DNA from: Pseudoalteromonas translucida KMM 520
GTDB taxonomy: Bacteria > Pseudomonadota > Gammaproteobacteria > Enterobacterales > Alteromonadaceae
Direction of reading: 5' to 3'
Length of the DNA: 32,000 bases
Assembly (NCBI RefSeq): GCF_001465295.1
Contig: NZ_CP011034.1
Span: 1,860,001-1,892,000, forward strand
The notes beneath the pieces are model-generated. The model ran no database searches and was not told the DNA's origin. It saw only the letters and a program-made list of their open reading frames with translations. The stretch's first letter is position 1; each line of letters opens with the position of its first letter. A program made the position numbers and the translations under genes. Of this stretch, positions 28,556 to 32,000 are shown in pieces.

Positions 28556-29086
28556 TTAAGCTATTTGGCTATGAATATGCTGATTTAAGAGTGGATGTAC
28601 ACGATTGTTTAAAACGCGAATGGCTTCAAACTGTACCAATGATAAATTATCATCTAATTGAAAGTTTTCACTTAGGTTAATACACACAGATGCATCACTG
28701 CTGTGCTCTACAATTAAAAACTCTCCCGACTGCGCTTTAGAAGTTAAATTAATAACAGCTTCAGTACTAGGGGTGCTCCCAGTGTATTGCTCAAAAAACC
28801 AACTTTTAGCCAGTACTGGCTTTAATTGAAACTTCACTGCGGTTGCATTGAGTGATATTTGACATAATTGCGCTGGATTCCATAGCTTAAACTGAACAAG
28901 ATATTGATAAACTTGTTCATAAAATGCGGCATCTTCTAAGCTAAAATAAGGATTCTTAAATGTGCTGTCGGTAAGTTGTCTTAACTTATAAGGAGTGCAT
29001 AGCTGCATATCTTCATTTAAATCAAGTAATAAGCGGTTTTTTTTGGCACAAGATATCCACTGCCATTGCTTTGATGCTTGTAACAT
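28556..29086 (-). CDS. zapC: Cell division protein ZapC
   Basis: The ATG at 29086 is preceded by GGAGGGGAT and gives 176 aa. WQW...LLLDL...DAAFY...LKPVLAKSWFF...IVEHS...NNRVHP is collinear with E. coli ZapC (YcbW, 180 aa). It shows pyrD-zapC-rlmL synteny. Confidence 0.82.
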   Translation of the reverse strand: MLQASKQWQWISCAKKNRLLLDLNEDMQLCTPYKLRQLTDSTFKNPYFSLEDAAFYEQVYQYLVQFKLWNPAQLCQISLNATAVKFQLKPVLAKSWFFEQYTGSTPSTEAVINLTSKAQSGEFLIVEHSSDASVCINLSENFQLDDNLSLVQFEAIRVLNNRVHPLLNQHIHSQIA

Positions 29087-29202
29087 ATCCCCTCCATGCC
29101 TAACATTTAAATATAATAAAAACAATAAGCACAAAGTATAGCCGCTTTTAATCATTTTTAAAATGTTTTATTGGAACATTTATTGAACGATCAAAAGCTT
29201 AC

Positions 29203-29260
29203 AGGGCTACTTAGCCTTTAAGTGTTAAAACAAACTTAACTTTTAAGGCTGAGTAGCCCT
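29203..29260 (-). terminator. Long imperfect hairpin immediately after pyrD (probable terminator)
   Basis: AGGGCTACTTAGCCTT (29203-29218) pairs with AAGGCTGAGTAGCCCT (29245-29260): 16 bp with one G.U, and a 26-nt loop that can pair further (TAAGT/ACTTA). It begins 5 nt after the pyrD TAA. The minus-strand tail is GTAAGCTTTTG, and T-rich sequence also follows it on the plus strand. Confidence 0.5.
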
Positions 29261-29265
29261 ATTTT

Positions 29266-30276
29266 TTATAAGCTATCAACAATCGATTTAATTAATTGTG
29301 GGCCTTTATAAATAAAGCCAGTATAAATTTGTACTAAATCGGCACCTGCGTTTATTTTTTCTTTAGCCGATGACACATCGTCAATACCGCCTACACCTAT
29401 AATAGGTAACTGCCCATTAGTTAAGCGCTTTAATTCACTCACCACATGTGTCGCACGCTCTCTAACTGGCTGCCCCGATAAACCACCCGCTTCGTCAGCA
29501 TATTGCTGACCCGCAACCATACTGCGCTCAAGTGTAGTATTAGTAGCAATTACCCCGTCTATTTTGTTGCTTAGTAAAGATTCACTTACTTGAGCAATTT
29601 GGATTGGATCTAAATCTGGCGCAATTTTTACCAGCATAGGTACTTGCTTACCATGTTTAGCAACAAGATCAAGCTGCTCGTTTTTCAAACTTTGTAGCAA
29701 ATCATCTAGCGCTGCACCGTATTGTAAATCACGAAGCCCTGGGGTATTTGGCGATGAAATATTAACCGTTATATACGAGGCATGTTCAAACACCTTGCGC
29801 ATACAATGTATGTAATCGTCTTTGCCTTGCTCATTCGGCGTGTCTTTATTTTTACCAATGTTAATACCTAAAATACCGGTATAGTTGGCTGCTTTAACAT
29901 TATTAACTAAATTATCAACGCCTTTATTATTAAATCCCATACGATTGATAATCGCATTTGACTGCGGCAGTCTAAACATACGTGGTTTATCGTTACCTGC
30001 TTGTGGGCGCGGAGTAACTGTACCCACCTCAACAAAACCAAAGCCCATTTGTGCAAATGCAGTAATACACTCTGCATTTTTATCAAGCCCTGCAGCAAGA
30101 CCAACGGGGTTTTTAAGTTCTAAGCCCAAAAAGTTAACTGGTTTATTCACAATACTTTGTGACCAAGCAGCACTTAATGGTGTATTAGCAAAACGACTTA
30201 AATTATTAAGAGCGAACTCATGCGCCCACTCCGCATCACGGGTAAACATAAAACGGCGAGCTAAATCGTAAAACAT
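29266..30276 (-). CDS. pyrD: Dihydroorotate dehydrogenase (quinone), class 2
   Basis: The ATG at 30276 gives 336 aa, the same length as E. coli Pyr[24 protein letters not shown] parallels [23 protein letters not shown]. An AAGAGGA SD lies 8 nt upstream. The ORF-track start at 30342 adds 22 non-homologous residues covering a terminator. Confidence 0.95.
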   Translation of the reverse strand: MFYDLARRFMFTRDAEWAHEFALNNLSRFANTPLSAAWSQSIVNKPVNFLGLELKNPVGLAAGLDKNAECITAFAQMGFGFVEVGTVTPRPQAGNDKPRMFRLPQSNAIINRMGFNNKGVDNLVNNVKAANYTGILGINIGKNKDTPNEQGKDDYIHCMRKVFEHASYITVNISSPNTPGLRDLQYGAALDDLLQSLKNEQLDLVAKHGKQVPMLVKIAPDLDPIQIAQVSESLLSNKIDGVIATNTTLERSMVAGQQYADEAGGLSGQPVRERATHVVSELKRLTNGQLPIIGVGGIDDVSSAKEKINAGADLVQIYTGFIYKGPQLIKSIVDSL

Positions 30277-30302
30277 GAATATAATCCTCTTAAAATGCAG
30301 AC

Positions 30303-30333
30303 AAAAAAATACCTCAGACCAGGCCGAGGTATT
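30303..30333 (-). terminator. Rho-independent terminator between gdh and pyrD, lying in the pyrD 5' region
   Basis: The minus strand reads AATACCTCGG-cctggt-CTGAGGTATT (10 bp including one G.U) running into seven T (30309..30303). The T-tract ends 26 nt before the pyrD ATG. Confidence 0.8.
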
Positions 30334-30354
30334 GTATAACAATTTTAACCATTA

Positions 30355-30386
30355 ACTCATTATTTTCACCAAGGAAAATAATGAGT
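30355..30386 (-). other. AT-rich 12-bp perfect hairpin downstream of the gdh stop
   Basis: ACTCATTATTTT-ccttggtg-AAAATAATGAGT on the minus strand, with no U-tract. Confidence 0.5.
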
Positions 30387-30413
30387 AGGCATTAATTATT
30401 GGTTTTTATATTA

Positions 30414-32000
30414 TTACACGCAGTTATGGCTTAATAACATGAGTTCACGTAGTGCTACTGAGAACTTAGCAAAATCGTGAGTTTGTGATGTTCTAAACTC
30501 TGCAAGCATTTGCTTCCAACGTTGTAATAATAACTCTTGGCTATCCATCCATTGCTCAATTTGGCCATTAACATCTTTGTTATCTTCGGCAAAACCGTTT
30601 AATACCACTTCTGCTAATGTACGTTGTTGCCAATCAAGCTCTTCGCGGTACGATGCACGCGCTAATGCTTGCCAATGGTTTGCTACAGGTTGCTTAGTAA
30701 TTTGCTCTAAGAACCAATGTAAGCCCATGTTTGCACCAAGCTTGAAGTAAGTATGCGATACAGTATCGATACTTTGTTTCGAACTTGCTGAAATTTCGGC
30801 TAAATCCATAGCAGAGAACAAGCTAGATAAACCAATAATGCGATTAGCGAGTTCTGCTGGCACACCACTTTGTGTTAACTCTTGGGCAGCTGCCACTAAA
30901 AGCTCGCCTTCTTTATCAACCATATACGTTGTTAAATTAGCACTTAAATCTGCAAATGTTGGCGCAAAAAATTCAACTGTTTGGGTAATTGTTTGTGCTT
31001 TGTTGCGATGACGTAAGAACCAACGTGTTACACGACGAACCGTGCGACGTAATTGGTATAGCATTTCGGTTTGTACAGCAGCCGGAATTTTATTATCAAG
31101 TGCAACAACCGAGGCCCAGGTATCGCTCATTTGGAACAACTCGCTGGCAATTGAATAACATAAAGCAATTTCAGCTTCATTTGCACCGGTTTCTTCATGC
31201 ATACGCACCATGAAGTTAAGGCCCATGTCGTTAACAATTTGATTCGCCAGTTTAGTGGCAATAATTTCTTTACGAAGTGGGTGATTATCCATCGCTTCGT
31301 TAAACTTCTCACGCAGTGGTAACGGGAACGAATTAACTAACAATTGACGATAATATGGGTTTTCCGTGATTTCATCTGTAACAAACGACTCTTTAAGTAC
31401 CATTTTAGAGTACGACACTAAAATCGCTAACTCTGGACGTGTTAAGTCTTTGCCAGCAGCTGCACGTTCTGCTAATTCTTCATCACTTGGGATAAACTCA
31501 ATCGCACGATTTAGCTTGCCATCTTTTTCAAGGGCATGAATAAAGCGAATTTTCTCTTTAAGCGTTGATGAGCCTTTAGATTGAGTAATTGAAATTGTGT
31601 GTGTTTGACGATAACAATCATTCAATACCAGCTTAGATACTTCGTCTGTCATAGCGTATAAAAGTTCATCACGTTGCTTGCGCGTTAAATCACCAGAGGT
31701 AACTAAGCCATTAAGTAAAATCTTAATATTAACTTCGTTATCTGAACAGGTAACGCCACCTACGTTATCAATAAAGTCAGTATTAACACGGCCGCCTTTC
31801 GCTGCAAATTCAATACGTCCTAACTGAGTTGCACCTAAGTTACCACCCTCGCCAAATACTTTAGCACCCAGCTCGCCACCGTTAATACGCAGAGCATCGT
31901 TTGCACGATCCCCTACATCGGCGTCAGTTTCTTTGCTGCTCTTAACATAAGTACCAATACCACCATTCCACAATAGATCGTAATCCATCATTAATGTAGC
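30414..32000 (-). CDS. gdhB: NAD-specific glutamate dehydrogenase, large (~1600 aa) class, C-terminal ~528 aa (gene continues past the right edge)
   Basis: The frame is open to nt 32000. ...DYDLLWNGGIGTYVKSS...DVGDRANDALRINGGELGAKVFGEGGNLGATQLGRIEF...RVNTDFIDNVGGVTCSDNEVNIKILL is characteristic of the Bac_GDH family. Tandem TAA TAA stops. The symbol follows Pseudomonas usage. Confidence 0.88.
   Translation of the reverse strand, partial: ATLMMDYDLLWNGGIGTYVKSSKETDADVGDRANDALRINGGELGAKVFGEGGNLGATQLGRIEFAAKGGRVNTDFIDNVGGVTCSDNEVNIKILLNGLVTSGDLTRKQRDELLYAMTDEVSKLVLNDCYRQTHTISITQSKGSSTLKEKIRFIHALEKDGKLNRAIEFIPSDEELAERAAAGKDLTRPELAILVSYSKMVLKESFVTDEITENPYYRQLLVNSFPLPLREKFNEAMDNHPLRKEIIATKLANQIVNDMGLNFMVRMHEETGANEAEIALCYSIASELFQMSDTWASVVALDNKIPAAVQTEMLYQLRRTVRRVTRWFLRHRNKAQTITQTVEFFAPTFADLSANLTTYMVDKEGELLVAAAQELTQSGVPAELANRIIGLSSLFSAMDLAEISASSKQSIDTVSHTYFKLGANMGLHWFLEQITKQPVANHWQALARASYREELDWQQRTLAEVVLNGFAEDNKDVNGQIEQWMDSQELLLQRWKQMLAEFRTSQTHDFAKFSVALRELMLLSHNCV

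Noticed and set aside
29087-29155. The N-terminal 23-residue extension of zapC (MIKSGYTLCLLFLLYLNVRHGGD) looks like a signal peptide or TM segment.
   Set aside because: ZapC is cytoplasmic. The internal ATG at 29086 has a strong GGAGG SD, restores the expected length of about 180 aa and aligns with the E. coli N-terminus. The extension is an ORF-caller artefact.
30277-30342. 22-codon N-terminal extension of pyrD in the ORF track.
   Set aside because: It covers the terminator hairpin and T-tract and has no homology to PyrD. The ATG at 30276 gives exactly 336 aa with a good SD.
1-32000. Scan for CRISPR arrays, IS elements, prophage or integron features, toxin-antitoxin pairs, or known defence-system signatures.
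   Set aside because: None seen. Intergenic spacers are short and each is accounted for by a terminator or promoter region, and every long ORF has a housekeeping or DUF assignment.

Overview
This window is dense and almost entirely housekeeping chromosome from an AT-rich gammaproteobacterium. Gene order and protein sequences look Alteromonadales/Pseudoalteromonas-like, but that is inference only. Left to right it contains: the 3' end of an unrecognised ORF; the TCA-cycle block sdhCDAB-sucAB-sucCD on the minus strand, divergent from gltA; csdA-csdE (cysteine desulfurase plus SufE-like acceptor), convergent with a long, translationally coupled minus-strand operon (comEC)-msbA-lpxK-ycaR-kdsB-(RluA-family pseudouridine synthase)-tcdA; a DUF2062 membrane protein head-to-head with comEC; a second tight minus-strand operon rlmL-(glutaredoxin-like)-uup-(DUF3466-like secreted repeat protein); then zapC, pyrD and the 3' third of a large NAD-glutamate dehydrogenase. 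I found no tRNA/rRNA, CRISPR, transposase/integrase, phage genes or recognisable defence or toxin system. I cannot honestly point to a clearly novel multi-gene system here. The observations worth a second look are: (1) an intrinsic terminator plus a 12-codon uORF sitting 26 nt upstream of the pyrD start codon; (2) a SucB with two lipoyl domains created by a 366-bp tandem duplication; (3) the secreted seven-repeat protein with a C-terminal sorting-signal-like tail, coupled to uup; (4) the unassigned ORF at the left edge; (5) the comEC/DUF2062 5'-to-5' arrangement; and (6) an anticodon-loop modification pair welded onto the LPS operon. All coordinates and motifs were read by eye from the sequence. 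No database search was run.
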